The position numbers and the translations under genes are program-made. The notes under the pieces are model-generated. The model saw only the letters and a list, made by a program, of their open reading frames with translations. It was not told the origin of the DNA and did not search any database. This document shows, in pieces, positions 43,088-53,432 of a stretch of 64,000 bases of DNA (the stretch's first letter is position 1; each line of letters starts with the position of its first letter). Where the stretch lies: assembly GCA_963665115.1 (NCBI GenBank), contig OY762007.1, positions 5,120,001 to 5,184,000 of the forward strand. The letters are read 5' to 3'. This DNA comes from an uncultured Rivularia sp. (GTDB taxonomy: Bacteria > Cyanobacteriota > Cyanobacteriia > Cyanobacteriales > Nostocaceae).

Positions 43088-43302
43088 TATAGCACTTTAA
43101 AAGTTTATTAAAACTGATATCTTGCAGAATTCTCAACAAGCCTAAAGAAACCCGGTTTCTTGCTCATTGCACAACAAAATATTAATGCTTTCACCAAAAG
43201 AAACCCGGTTTCTCACACTGGTGCAAAATGTGAATTAAAACTCTTGTGGGATAGGCATACTTGCCCGTCCTACTATATTTTTATCGGATAAAAACTGCTG
43301 TA
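43088..43302. mobile_element. Nested MITEs: outer TAYAGCA...TGCTGTA element; inner element at ~43116-43233 flanked by ATTAAAACT direct repeats
   Basis: Direct repeat at 43107-43115 and 43234-43242; inner ends GATATCTTGCA / TGCAAAATGTGA. Confidence 0.65.
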
Positions 43303-43334
43303 AAAATTTCAAGAAGCGAATCAACGCTACGAAA

Positions 43335-43400
43335 TCAGAAAGGGCACCGACGACTGGCCGTGTTTCGTCTCGGTGCCCTTACTGGTTCGCTCCTCACACA
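43335..43400 (-). ncRNA. yfr2: Yfr2-family small RNA
   Basis: Minus strand starts TGTGTGAGGAG, then hairpin GGGCACCGA-GAC-GAAACACGG-CCA-GTCG-TCGGTGCCC; TATATT -10 box just upstream. Confidence 0.82.
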
Positions 43401-43672
43401 AGGGTTAATATATCTCAAACTATTTAATTAGTCAATAGCTGTTATAAAACTTTATAATATTTTAATTTATGAGGAAGCACCGAACGAATAATATGCGTAA
43501 AAATAAGCAGCGTCTTGAGAGGGGTTGGGAGTTAGGAGTTAGGAATTATGAGTTAGCAATGATTAAGAACAACTGTAGTGGGAGCATCTTGCTCCCTCGT
43601 TGCCTCATTACCTGATGCTCCATAGCCAATTATCTATGCCCAATGCTCCATGCCCAATCCCCAATCCCCAAC

Positions 43673-44497
43673 TCACAATTCTAACCAAGCCGATATACCC
43701 AATTTTTCTTCAAGCAGAAACCTTAACACCGACTGAGTTGTCATGAGCAATCCAATTCTAGCCATCACAAGTTCTGGTGAAGTACTTTTTAAGTCGTCGT
43801 GAATGCGACAGGATTTGCAAAAACCTTCAAACGCTCGTACTAAACTAAATGCTGCTGCTTCCCATCTAATCGGACGAGCAACGACTGGCTGTAATTCATC
43901 TACAATTCTGACCAAATTGCCAACTAAGCACCGTTCGGCTTGATGATTCAAACGAAGTTGTCCATCACTTTTAAGCCAAGGTATGGGTTCAGAAGAATAT
44001 TTATTCAAGTCAATATTAAAGTCAACTAATTTTTCTTGTTGTGCCAATCTCAACAGAGAACAGCAGCGTGCATGAACGTATTGAATAGAAAATACACAAT
44101 CGCCCGAACCGTCTTCTAAAGCACATAAGTTAACTTGACTTCCTTTTACACTGCCATTTTCATCAATAAAACCTTGCAACCAAACAGCTATAAGTGAGTC
44201 AGTGACGTGGATCTGAATCAAACCAGAAGGTAAGACTTCTACCATTAAATAAGCGTTCAAATCTGCTGATAAGCAAGAAGCGATTGAACTAGCTATGGGA
44301 AAAGTCTGGGAATTATGAGATTTCGAGAGGTGAAACGCTATACCTGATATATAAGATATTTTAATATCACTTTTGCCTTTGGATAGAGGAATATCTTTTT
44401 TTTCTATATATCTATTTTCTTCTGACCGAGCATAAATACTCATTGCTCTAGTCAAATAACCGTATATTAGCTGGATTATTGCTGTGTATTTACTCAC
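43673..44497 (-). CDS. Stand-alone DALR anticodon-binding domain protein (ArgRS-like fragment)
   Basis: FSIQYVHARCCSLLR and C-terminal ARIGL...L...LGISA..EL; no synthetase catalytic core. Confidence 0.8.
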   Translation of the reverse strand: MSKYTAIIQLIYGYLTRAMSIYARSEENRYIEKKDIPLSKGKSDIKISYISGIAFHLSKSHNSQTFPIASSIASCLSADLNAYLMVEVLPSGLIQIHVTDSLIAVWLQGFIDENGSVKGSQVNLCALEDGSGDCVFSIQYVHARCCSLLRLAQQEKLVDFNIDLNKYSSEPIPWLKSDGQLRLNHQAERCLVGNLVRIVDELQPVVARPIRWEAAAFSLVRAFEGFCKSCRIHDDLKSTSPELVMARIGLLMTTQSVLRFLLEEKLGISAWLEL

Positions 44498-44636
44498 TAG
44501 TAGCTTTTAATGCACATAAGATACTGATGACAACACTGTAAACCCAGAAACATTGATTTTATGTCATCCGTCTTAAGACATATCTTTATATTCGGTCAAA
44601 GAATATTAGAATTGCATAAAATTTAGTGAATTCTGG

Positions 44637-44650
44637 GTAAACTTTACTAC
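44637..44650. promoter_or_regulatory. NtcA/DevH-type box upstream of devH
   Basis: GTA-AACTTTAC-TAC exactly matches GTAN8TAC. Confidence 0.55.
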
Positions 44651-44813
44651 AAACATTGTACAGTAAGAGTATAACAAAAGAGTAGAAGCGATAGTATTCT
44701 ACCTTTTGGATAGCTGGCAGCGGCGGTTACACGCTTAAGTTGGCCTTTCACAAAGACACTCCTTGCACCTTTTTATGTCGTCTTTGTCTTCAGCCGAACG
44801 CTCTTTGTTACCT

Positions 44814-45533
44814 ATGCAATCTCCATCCTCTTTCTCCGAGGCATCACGTCCTTTTTTAACTTGGCAACGAATTCTTGATTGGGCACAAGAACACTATCGC
44901 TGCCGCACCTTTAGCAAAGATGAGCGAATTCCAGCTAGACCTGGATTGCTGTATTTGGTGCAAAGGGGTGCGATCCGCATGGTGGGAACCGCTCAAGTGA
45001 GTGCCACTGCTTCTCAATTAACGTCTCGCCGGATTAACAGAACTCCTGAAGAAGCATTCTTGGGTTTTGTCGGTGCGGGACAGCCATTTGAAATTGTTGC
45101 TCAATCACCTTTTACGTTGCAGTCATACGCTCATGTTGACCAAACAGCAGTGTTATGGATGTACTGGCACGATTTAGATAATTGGCCTCATTTTCGCCGC
45201 GAAGTTATGGATGCCTTTAGGTACCAACACCAGCGTAAACTACTGTGGTTAAGTGCCTTGGGACAGCGACGCACCATCGATCGTCTTTTAGGATTCCTCA
45301 CTTTATTAATTGAGGAATACGGAGAACCAGCGATGAGCGAAAATGACCCCGAAGTAATTCATGGGTATTGTCTGCCCTTCCCCCTCACTCATGCACAAAT
45401 AGGCAGTGCAATTGGTTCGACTCGCGTCACCGTAACTCGCCTAATGGGTAAGTTGCGCCAACGGGGTCTAATCCTTACTCAAGGGGATAATTTAATCTGT
45501 TTGCCAGCAGAGTCAATTAGTAAAGCGAGCTAA
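44814..45533 (+). CDS. devH: Crp-family heterocyst regulator DevH
   Basis: MQSPSSFSEASRPFLTWQRILDWAQEHY start; NtcA-like HTH LTHAQIGSAIGSTRVTVTRL. Confidence 0.9.
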   Translation: MQSPSSFSEASRPFLTWQRILDWAQEHYRCRTFSKDERIPARPGLLYLVQRGAIRMVGTAQVSATASQLTSRRINRTPEEAFLGFVGAGQPFEIVAQSPFTLQSYAHVDQTAVLWMYWHDLDNWPHFRREVMDAFRYQHQRKLLWLSALGQRRTIDRLLGFLTLLIEEYGEPAMSENDPEVIHGYCLPFPLTHAQIGSAIGSTRVTVTRLMGKLRQRGLILTQGDNLICLPAESISKAS

Positions 45534-45562
45534 TATGTACCGGCTTGTCGGCAGCGAGGGTG

Positions 45563-46639
45563 TTAGCGAATTCTTACAAACCCACTTTGGGTAATGAGTT
45601 CCTGTCCTTGCTGAGTCCGTAAAAAGTCGGCATAAGCAACACCTGCTTGTTGTTCGGTTTGCCCGTTTTGTTTGACCACCACGAACAAATTTCGGGTAAT
45701 CGGATACTTTCCAGATTGAAAAGCCTCAATGTTCAATTTGTTGCGCGATCGAGGACATTCTTCAGGGAGGATGAATGGTTCTTGGTAAGGAGCAACGTAT
45801 TTCCCTTGCGTTCGCCCCAACGGCAAGGGTTTGATTGAACATTGAGGTACGACTTCTGGGGCAGAAGCGTAATAAATACCGCCAGGACTAATTGCTACTT
45901 TTCGTAGCGCTTGGGTGGTGGTGGATATAAGTTCCACCGTTGAAGCCATAGGCTGACCACCCAAAACATCTTGGACAAATAGTTCTACCGTACCGCCATC
46001 ACTGATGCGCCGTGAGTAGGCTTGGATTGGTATATTGGCACCACCTACCTGGCTCCAATTAGTTATTTTGCCAGTGTAAATTGACTTTAACTGTTCTATA
46101 GTTAATCCCGGAACGTTTATTTTAGGATTGACAGCTACTGCCAATCCATCTATAGCTACAGGAATTTGTTGGAGAGTGAATCCCCGTTGCTTAGCACGGC
46201 TTAATTCATTATTTAGCAATGGTCTTGAAGACTGAGCAAACGCCAATCTATCGTTAATTAGCATTTCTATACCAGAACTGGAACCAGCCGTACTATTTAA
46301 AGGTTGTACGTAGCGCAGACGAAAATCTTTTTGGGAAGCCTGAATTTTTTTATCTACTATTTGTCTTATTGGTGCCCAAGAGGTACTTCCACCATAATTA
46401 AATAATCCAACAGGAATATTTTCTACAGAAGCGAAAGTATTACCGCCTGTTCCCGATGTTGAAAGAGGAACTGCTGGTGTATTTAACGTATCCGAATCCG
46501 ATTTATTCTGTTGAGATTTGATAAGAGAAGTAATATTCGCACTACTATTTTTATTAAACCACCACCATCCACCGGCTATAAGTAAAGTGGTAATTAATAA
46601 AGATAAAATCAGAATTGGGGTTTCATTTTTCTGTGACAT
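45563..46639 (-). CDS. PstS-like substrate-binding protein with N-terminal TM anchor (copy 1)
   Basis: YGGSTSWAP, QSSR, VAIDGLAVAVN, YPITRNLFV. Confidence 0.85.
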   Translation of the reverse strand: MSQKNETPILILSLLITTLLIAGGWWWFNKNSSANITSLIKSQQNKSDSDTLNTPAVPLSTSGTGGNTFASVENIPVGLFNYGGSTSWAPIRQIVDKKIQASQKDFRLRYVQPLNSTAGSSSGIEMLINDRLAFAQSSRPLLNNELSRAKQRGFTLQQIPVAIDGLAVAVNPKINVPGLTIEQLKSIYTGKITNWSQVGGANIPIQAYSRRISDGGTVELFVQDVLGGQPMASTVELISTTTQALRKVAISPGGIYYASAPEVVPQCSIKPLPLGRTQGKYVAPYQEPFILPEECPRSRNKLNIEAFQSGKYPITRNLFVVVKQNGQTEQQAGVAYADFLRTQQGQELITQSGFVRIR

Positions 46640-46740
46640 TAGAAATAATTTATTTTAAATATTATTTGTGTTTTTTTTATAAACAGCTAATAGTCAATTG
46701 TAAGAAGGTAATTTAACTATTAGCTTGAAAAGATCGGACA

Positions 46741-47772
46741 TTATCTAATTCTGACAAATCCTGCTTCAGAAATCAATTTCTGACCTTCATCTGTGAGTAG
46801 TAAATTAGCATAAGCAATACCTGCTTGTTCGTCAATTTGGTCATTTTTCTTAACCACTACAAACAAGCGTCTAGTCATAGGATATTCGTCACTTCTAAAA
46901 GCGTCCACATTTAATTGATTGCGCTTTTGCGGACATTCCGAGGGTAGAATGTATGGTTCTTTATAGGGCGGAATCAATTTCGATTGCGTTCGCCCTATTG
47001 GCAAAGGTTTAATAGCACATTGTCCAACAACTTCGGGCGCAGAAGCATAGTATATACCACCATTGTTTTGAGCTACTTTTCTCAAACCCTCAGTAGTAGT
47101 AGAAATTTTTTCCACATTTTGACCGAACTCTTGTTTTTCCAAAATGTTATTGACAAAAAATTCAACGGTACCTCCTTCACTAATTTTAGAATAAGGTACT
47201 ATTTTTTGATTCTCTCCCCCAACTTCTTGCCAATTAGTAATTTTGCCCGTGTAAATATCTTTAAGTTGAGTTAAGGTAAGCCCCGGAATATTTAAGTTAG
47301 AGTTTACAGCAATCGCAATACCATCAATAGCAACTGGGATTTCTTCAAGTTTAAAACCTCGCTGTTGTGCTTGTTGGTATTCTTTATCTTTCACCGATCG
47401 CGAAGATTGAGAAAAAGCCAACTGGTTGTTCAACAGCATTTTGATGCCAGTACCAGAACCTGGGGCACCTGTAGTAGGATTTGTATAGCGGAGTTGGAAT
47501 TTAGGTAAAGCAGTTTTGATCGCAGCATCAGCTTCGGTGCGAATAGGTGCCCATGTAGTACTACCCCCATAGCTAAACAATCCAGAAGGAACTTGTTCGA
47601 CGGAAGCAAAGCTTTTCTCCCCTGATAGCAGGTTTGTGGGAGATTGGTTGTTTCCTAAAGAACCAAGTCGAATACCATAACTATTAGCCAACCACCAATA
47701 TACTCCACCTACTAAACCGAGAGTAATTAGTAGGGTTAAAACTAAAACCGTTGTCTCGTTTTTTTTCGCCAT
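46741..47772 (-). CDS. PstS-like substrate-binding protein with N-terminal TM anchor (copy 2)
   Basis: Paralogue of 45563-46639 with the same motifs. Confidence 0.85.
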   Translation of the reverse strand: MAKKNETTVLVLTLLITLGLVGGVYWWLANSYGIRLGSLGNNQSPTNLLSGEKSFASVEQVPSGLFSYGGSTTWAPIRTEADAAIKTALPKFQLRYTNPTTGAPGSGTGIKMLLNNQLAFSQSSRSVKDKEYQQAQQRGFKLEEIPVAIDGIAIAVNSNLNIPGLTLTQLKDIYTGKITNWQEVGGENQKIVPYSKISEGGTVEFFVNNILEKQEFGQNVEKISTTTEGLRKVAQNNGGIYYASAPEVVGQCAIKPLPIGRTQSKLIPPYKEPYILPSECPQKRNQLNVDAFRSDEYPMTRRLFVVVKKNDQIDEQAGIAYANLLLTDEGQKLISEAGFVRIR

Positions 47773-48339
47773 AGATGTAGCAATTGACAATAAGAAAGAA
47801 TAATAATTTAACTCCATCAGAACTATCTCTTACAGAGCTAAATAAAATTAGAAATAGATGCCCCTATAAATTAATGTTGATAAATAATCTATAGAAATTA
47901 TATACCTATAGATTAAATATGCTTTGTCTCTATCGCTTGAGGACATTGCCCGATCAAATCACAAGAAAGACATTTTATGTATACGGATTTTATGTTGAGT
48001 GCAATACATTTTAAAATAATATATCGCATTAGACTTGTAACTTCTATATCTAGCTTTCTTAGATTAAAATAAAGTCTTGAGTTTAATTTTTTAGACTACA
48101 AAAAATCATCAAAAAACTATAATATTTTAGTTAACAGTAATATATCTTGATAAAATATCGCGATTCAAGAACAAAGTTTTCAACTGATTAAATTTATAAA
48201 ATTTTTAATCTGTCAATAATGGTACATTTTTTAATCACCGTTCGTAGTTGATAATTACAGTTTATGTAACATAACTTAATACATGAATCGGAATCAAGCT
48301 ATTTAAGTTAATTAAAAGTTAAACAATATTTAAGGTTAG

Positions 48340-49749
48340 TTAAATAATTGAAGACAATATTTTATAGATAATACGAAATAATGATGTGAGAGCAACTGTA
48401 ATTAAACTTGCGGCTATTGATAAAACAATTATTTCTTGAATGCCAAGTTCACCTTGTAACAAGGGAATAAAAAATATAATTAATGAAGTAATCGCAGGGA
48501 TAATTACTAAATCCCACTTTTCAATCCATCGCCTGGTTTGAGCAAAAATAATAGCTCCTAAAATCACAGCACAAATAACAAAAGCAATCGGAGGTGATTT
48601 AAGCAAACTCAGAAAAGCGATGCAAATTAAAGCACCTTCAAACCCACTAAAAGCTGAACCAGCTAATAATTCCAATGTAGAAAACGTTTGTACTGGTGTG
48701 CTACTCGTTGACGGTTTTGGAAGCGGTGGGGGTGCTGGTTGCGATATTACTCGGGGCTGATGGTTACTAAGAGAAGTATCGGGTATGGCTTGCGCGGATT
48801 CGTCAAGTGCAATCAAAACTTCTTCTGCCGATTGAAAACGATGCAAAGGCGCACTGCGGAGCATTTTGTCTAAAATTTCGGCAACCTCAGAGCTAACACT
48901 TACTTTGTCTCGCCATTGTAACTGGTTGCTGTAGACATCAAATAGCTTGCTTACATCCTTTTGTCCGGTTAACAACAAGATAATAGTTACAGCCAAAGCG
49001 TATAAATCCGTCGAAGGAAATACTTGTCCTCCAGACATTTGTTCTGGTGGTGCAAATCCCAATGAATATATTCCCGTAGATGAATTCCCAGTACCACTTG
49101 GGCTGTTTGTCACTTGCTTGACTGCGCCAAAATCTAGTAAGAAAAGCTTACCGTTACGATGGCGCATGATGTTAGAAGGTTTGATATCCCGGTGGATAAT
49201 GTTTTTGTCGTGGACGAATTGCAATACCGGAAGCATTGAACGCAGTAAGAACAATATTTCTGCTTCGGAGAATTCCCCCCTACGCACTAATTCTTCTTCT
49301 AAATTTTCTCCATCAATATATTCCTGTACCAAATAGAAAAATTGGTGAGGTTGATTTGGCTGCAAGCTAGGAACTATAACAGGAAAAAAAGCAAATAAGT
49401 CAGGAATTTGACCGTGTTGCGAGCCAATATCTTCTAAAACCACTGCCTCTCTTTCAAATAAATCTTGTGCTAGCTGTAGCTGAGTTGGACTCAAATCGAC
49501 CGCTGGCAGAAACTGCTTTACCACGCATTGACGCATTCCTGGGGTATAGCGATCGCGCGATAAAAATGCTGCTCCGAAACCTCCTCTTCCAAGCAGCTTT
49601 ATAGGTAAATAGCGTCCGGCTAAAATTAAAGGCATCCCGCAAGCTCTACAGTATTTTTGCTGTGCCGTTCTTAGGGTTGCGTTATCATCTAAATCTACAA
49701 AATGGTTCTGCGGACGGGGACACTGGGGACGAGTGCAGTAAATTTCCAT
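48340..49749 (-). CDS. Hanks-type Ser/Thr kinase with 4-Cys prefix and C-terminal multi-TM domain
   Basis: CTRPQC...CRAC; GRGGFG, VVKQ, HRDIKPSN, DFG, APPE. Confidence 0.92.
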   Translation of the reverse strand: MEIYCTRPQCPRPQNHFVDLDDNATLRTAQQKYCRACGMPLILAGRYLPIKLLGRGGFGAAFLSRDRYTPGMRQCVVKQFLPAVDLSPTQLQLAQDLFEREAVVLEDIGSQHGQIPDLFAFFPVIVPSLQPNQPHQFFYLVQEYIDGENLEEELVRRGEFSEAEILFLLRSMLPVLQFVHDKNIIHRDIKPSNIMRHRNGKLFLLDFGAVKQVTNSPSGTGNSSTGIYSLGFAPPEQMSGGQVFPSTDLYALAVTIILLLTGQKDVSKLFDVYSNQLQWRDKVSVSSEVAEILDKMLRSAPLHRFQSAEEVLIALDESAQAIPDTSLSNHQPRVISQPAPPPLPKPSTSSTPVQTFSTLELLAGSAFSGFEGALICIAFLSLLKSPPIAFVICAVILGAIIFAQTRRWIEKWDLVIIPAITSLIIFFIPLLQGELGIQEIIVLSIAASLITVALTSLFRIIYKILSSII

Positions 49750-49954
49750 TGTTGGTCATAAGTCACGAGCAATTTGCCTGAAATTGCGAACTGTAAAGTC
49801 CGGCTTTAAGTAGTCCGACAGAAATATTTACACATACTATCTCGACAAAACACAAGGGTTAATAGTCGAAAAAAGTATAATTATTTTTGTCTTACTAATA
49901 AAGTCGGTGTCATATTCGCAGTTACTACTATGACAAAACACTTTTAACATCACT

Positions 49955-50965
49955 TTAACTTTCTTTAAAGTTGGATGCCTGTACTTCTAATGCATTTGCT
50001 GACAAGGAAGAATGTGATGCTTTTAACATATCTATATGCCACCCAGGAGCGGCAAACTGAGGCAGTATTTCTCGACTGAAGGCTTCTGCTGCTTTGGATC
50101 TGTATCGGTTGGGATTAAAAATTAACCACAGCGTCCGCTTCACAACCACGCTATCAATCGGAGTGAAGTGAAGAATTCCCATCTGTAACTCTTTGGCAAT
50201 AGCGCTAGTAGAAACAAAAGCAGCTCCCAAAGAAGATTGCACGGCATTTTTAATTGCTTCAATCGAATTGAGTTCCATTTCAATTCTTAAACGCCGCGTG
50301 TCGATATCGTGGCGTGTTAGCACTTGATCGATAACTTTGCGGATAGTAGATTGCGAATCTAAAGCAATAAACTGCAATTTGTATAGGTCTTCTTTTTGGA
50401 TGGTTTCGAGTTTGGTGAATGGATGATTTGCGGGTAAAATTAACGCCAACTCATCTTCGGCATAAGGAATTTTTTCTAATGAATCCGCTAATTCTCCAGG
50501 AATCTCACCACCGATAATTGCCAAATCGACTTGTCCGTTAACCACACTCCAAGCGGTACGACGAGTTGAATGAACGTGTAATTGCACGGCTACATCGGGA
50601 TATTTTTGTCGGAACATCCCAATCATCCGAGGCAAGAGATAAGTCCCCGTCGTTTGAGAAGCACCGACAATTAAAGTACCCCCTTGAAGATTTTGTAAAT
50701 CCTCGATGGCGCGACAAGTTTCTTGGCATAAACCAAGGATTTTTTCCCCATAGCTCAAAAGTAAGTGCCCAGCTTCAGTTAGCTGTGCCCGACGACCTCC
50801 ACGGTCAAATAAAGGCACATCCAACTGTCTTTCTAAATTTTGCACTTGCAAACTCACCGCTGGCTGGGAGACATAAAGACTGTCAGCAGCCCGCTTAAAA
50901 CTCCCTTCGGCGGCTATTGCTTTGAGTATTCGTAACTGATCTAAAGTAAAAGGAAGGTCAGACAT
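49955..50965 (-). CDS. rbcR: LysR regulator RbcR/Ycf30 (PacR orthologue)
   Basis: [37 protein letters not shown]; synteny with devH/trxC/ndhF1. Confidence 0.9.
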   Translation of the reverse strand: MSDLPFTLDQLRILKAIAAEGSFKRAADSLYVSQPAVSLQVQNLERQLDVPLFDRGGRRAQLTEAGHLLLSYGEKILGLCQETCRAIEDLQNLQGGTLIVGASQTTGTYLLPRMIGMFRQKYPDVAVQLHVHSTRRTAWSVVNGQVDLAIIGGEIPGELADSLEKIPYAEDELALILPANHPFTKLETIQKEDLYKLQFIALDSQSTIRKVIDQVLTRHDIDTRRLRIEMELNSIEAIKNAVQSSLGAAFVSTSAIAKELQMGILHFTPIDSVVVKRTLWLIFNPNRYRSKAAEAFSREILPQFAAPGWHIDMLKASHSSLSANALEVQASNFKES

Positions 50966-51182
50966 AAGGCTTAACCCACGAATTTGTGCATAAGTAGTAT
51001 TGGTAACATTCGGACTTTCATAACTTTATTCTGACAAGGCATGAATGATAACAATGCGTATTAAACGGCGAGCGGCATTGCCCGAAAAAGACACTAACAC
51101 AACATCTTGACCAAAGTCCTCCGATAAAGACGAATGTGGTATTGGTTGTACTAGATTTAATTGTCTTTAAATTACTTTATCT

Positions 51183-51905
51183 ATGTATACTATTGTGCCG
51201 ACTTGGTTCACCTCCACTCATTGTGTCATGCTGGGGCTGTTATTGACTTTTGCAATTGCTCACAGCGGAGGAGCAGCCCTGCGGTCAAAAGCAGAAAAGC
51301 TCATTGGAGCAAGGCTTTATCGGATTTTATTTGCACTTGTCAGCTTGGTATTAGCTGTAATATTAATTGTTTACTTTTTTAACCATCGTTATGATGGCGC
51401 TCAGCTGTGGCAGGTACAAAATGTGCCCGGAATAAAGACTTTGGTCTGGGTATTATCGGCAATTTCTTTTGTATTTTTGTATCCTTCTACATTTAATCTA
51501 CTGGAAGTTGCTGCTATCTCCAAGCCAGAAGTTCACCTGTACGAAACTGGAATTATTCGTATTACCCGCCATCCACAAATGGTCGGACAAATCATTTGGT
51601 GCTTTGCTCATACTCTGTGGATAGGTACTACTTTTACATTAATTACCTCTATTGGATTAGTTGTGCACCATTTATTTGCTGTATGGCATGGCGATCGCCG
51701 TTTATATGCACGCTATGGTGAAGCTTTTGAAAAAGTAAAGCAACGTACTAGCACTATTCCTTTTGCAGCAATTATCGATGGCCGTCAATCTATCAAAGGT
51801 AAGGAATTTTTACGTCCTGCTTATCTTGGAGTTTCTTGCTTTGTACTTTTATTTTGGTGGTCTCACCCCTTTTTGTTCGACTTAACTAGTAGGGTAAGAT
51901 GGTAA
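51183..51905 (+). CDS. NnrU-family protein, probable 15-cis-zeta-carotene isomerase (Z-ISO)
   Basis: AHSGGAALR, HRYDG, TGIIRITRHPQMVGQ, WHGDRRL. Confidence 0.85.
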   Translation: MYTIVPTWFTSTHCVMLGLLLTFAIAHSGGAALRSKAEKLIGARLYRILFALVSLVLAVILIVYFFNHRYDGAQLWQVQNVPGIKTLVWVLSAISFVFLYPSTFNLLEVAAISKPEVHLYETGIIRITRHPQMVGQIIWCFAHTLWIGTTFTLITSIGLVVHHLFAVWHGDRRLYARYGEAFEKVKQRTSTIPFAAIIDGRQSIKGKEFLRPAYLGVSCFVLLFWWSHPFLFDLTSRVRW

Positions 51906-52475
51906 AGCCCCACAACCCAAATACTTTCAGCAGCAAGCATTAGAACGCAAAAACATTGAAGTTTGAGGACTCATCTGTTGCGACCAATTCAATGTAGGAT
52001 AAATTCAAATAGTTATCAAAGATGGGTTACAATTTCCGTAAAAATAAGCTTGTTGCTTTCATAAACTAGTTAATTAGTCTAATCTGAGCGGCATCTTTAA
52101 ATAAAAAGCCGTGGTGCAAATATAATGGTTCCTTCTCAGAGGTGTTTTTTTAAGAAAGTAGAGATTAAATAGTATGAAGGTTGCTCTTATCATCTGCCCG
52201 TAAAAAACGAAGAATTAACGCCAGTTTTGTAATGGGAGGTTATATTGGATGACGGTAGCTTTGACCAAAAGTCGAAAATTTAAACAGCGATCGCTGTTTG
52301 TCATAACTACATGACAAAACTTCTAGATAAAAAAATAGATATTTTATACAAGTAAGTAATACTTCCTTGAGGACATACGAGTATAAAAGTCTATAAGTTG
52401 CTGTTGCCATGAAATTGCAGGCGCGATTTTTAGTAATGAAGTAATGAATGAAAACCATTAAGTTCAAGAGGCATC

Positions 52476-52874
52476 ATGGTGTTGTCGGTTAATGAACGTA
52501 CATTTACAAAAGAAGTTTTAGAATCTCAAGTTCCAGTTTTAGTTAATTTTGAAGCACCCTGGTGTGGCTTATGTCGCATCATAAAACCTTTATTATTGCA
52601 ATTTAAATCTCAATGTGGCGAAGAAATTAAGTTAGTTGGAGTCAATGCCGATGATAATTTTAAACTGTCTACCACCTACAGACTAAAAACTCTTCCCACC
52701 TTGTTGTTGATTGAAAACGGCATTGTCAGAAAGCGTTTAGAAGGCTTTAGCGGTAGAGAAGACTTATTTACAGCTTTGAGCGAAATGAAATACTGCTACA
52801 CGAATTTACCGCGAACTTACAGCAGTAAAATAGCAGCGGAGTTGGGTTGTCCCTCTATAAAGCTTGGTGCGTAA
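52476..52874 (+). CDS. trxC: Atypical cyanobacterial thioredoxin TrxC
   Basis: Active site WCGLC. Confidence 0.85.
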   Translation: MVLSVNERTFTKEVLESQVPVLVNFEAPWCGLCRIIKPLLLQFKSQCGEEIKLVGVNADDNFKLSTTYRLKTLPTLLLIENGIVRKRLEGFSGREDLFTALSEMKYCYTNLPRTYSSKIAAELGCPSIKLGA

Positions 52875-53229
52875 AGGAACATAGATATGTCCGTGTTTGA
52901 TTAGTTAGCAATCACGACTCTAGCTATAGATTTTTTTCCACAAGTAAAATTCAAGGCTTATACTAAATTTGTTTTTTGGTCAAAGAATTATCTTATGCTG
53001 ACCATAAAATAATTTTGAGCTAATACTGCATTATTTAATTGTGGGTGTTACAAATGCCTAAATATTAGGCAATTTTTTTTGATTGAGGAAGGTATTTAAG
53101 CTATATTTCCGAAGGGGTATACCACCATATCGGGAGTTTGAAAGCGTCTAATTGCTTTACATTGCAGCACTTTGCAACTGCTTGCATTATTAGTGAAAAT
53201 TAGCAATATGCTATCAGACTATTTTAATA

Positions 53230-53258
53230 ACCCCACCCAAATACCCCTTGGGTGGGGT
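53230..53258. promoter_or_regulatory. GC-rich 11-bp inverted repeat upstream of ndhF1
   Basis: ACCCCACCCAA-ATACCCC-TTGGGTGGGGT. Confidence 0.5.
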
Positions 53259-53432
53259 ATTTTATCTAAAATTGTGTGTGTCACAATTATTAACAGTTCC
53301 AACTGGAACAACTGCGGCGCGGATGAATAATTGACGAAGGGCGCAGACTAATGCTCTGTCGCAACGAAACATTTTCTGCTTCGTAACAATGTTCTAATAA
53401 AAGTGAAAAATTCTAAAAGTAGGCATGACTAG

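Noticed and set aside
45563..47772. Canonical pst phosphate-uptake operon
   Set aside because: No pstC/pstA/pstB or phoU nearby, and no lipobox
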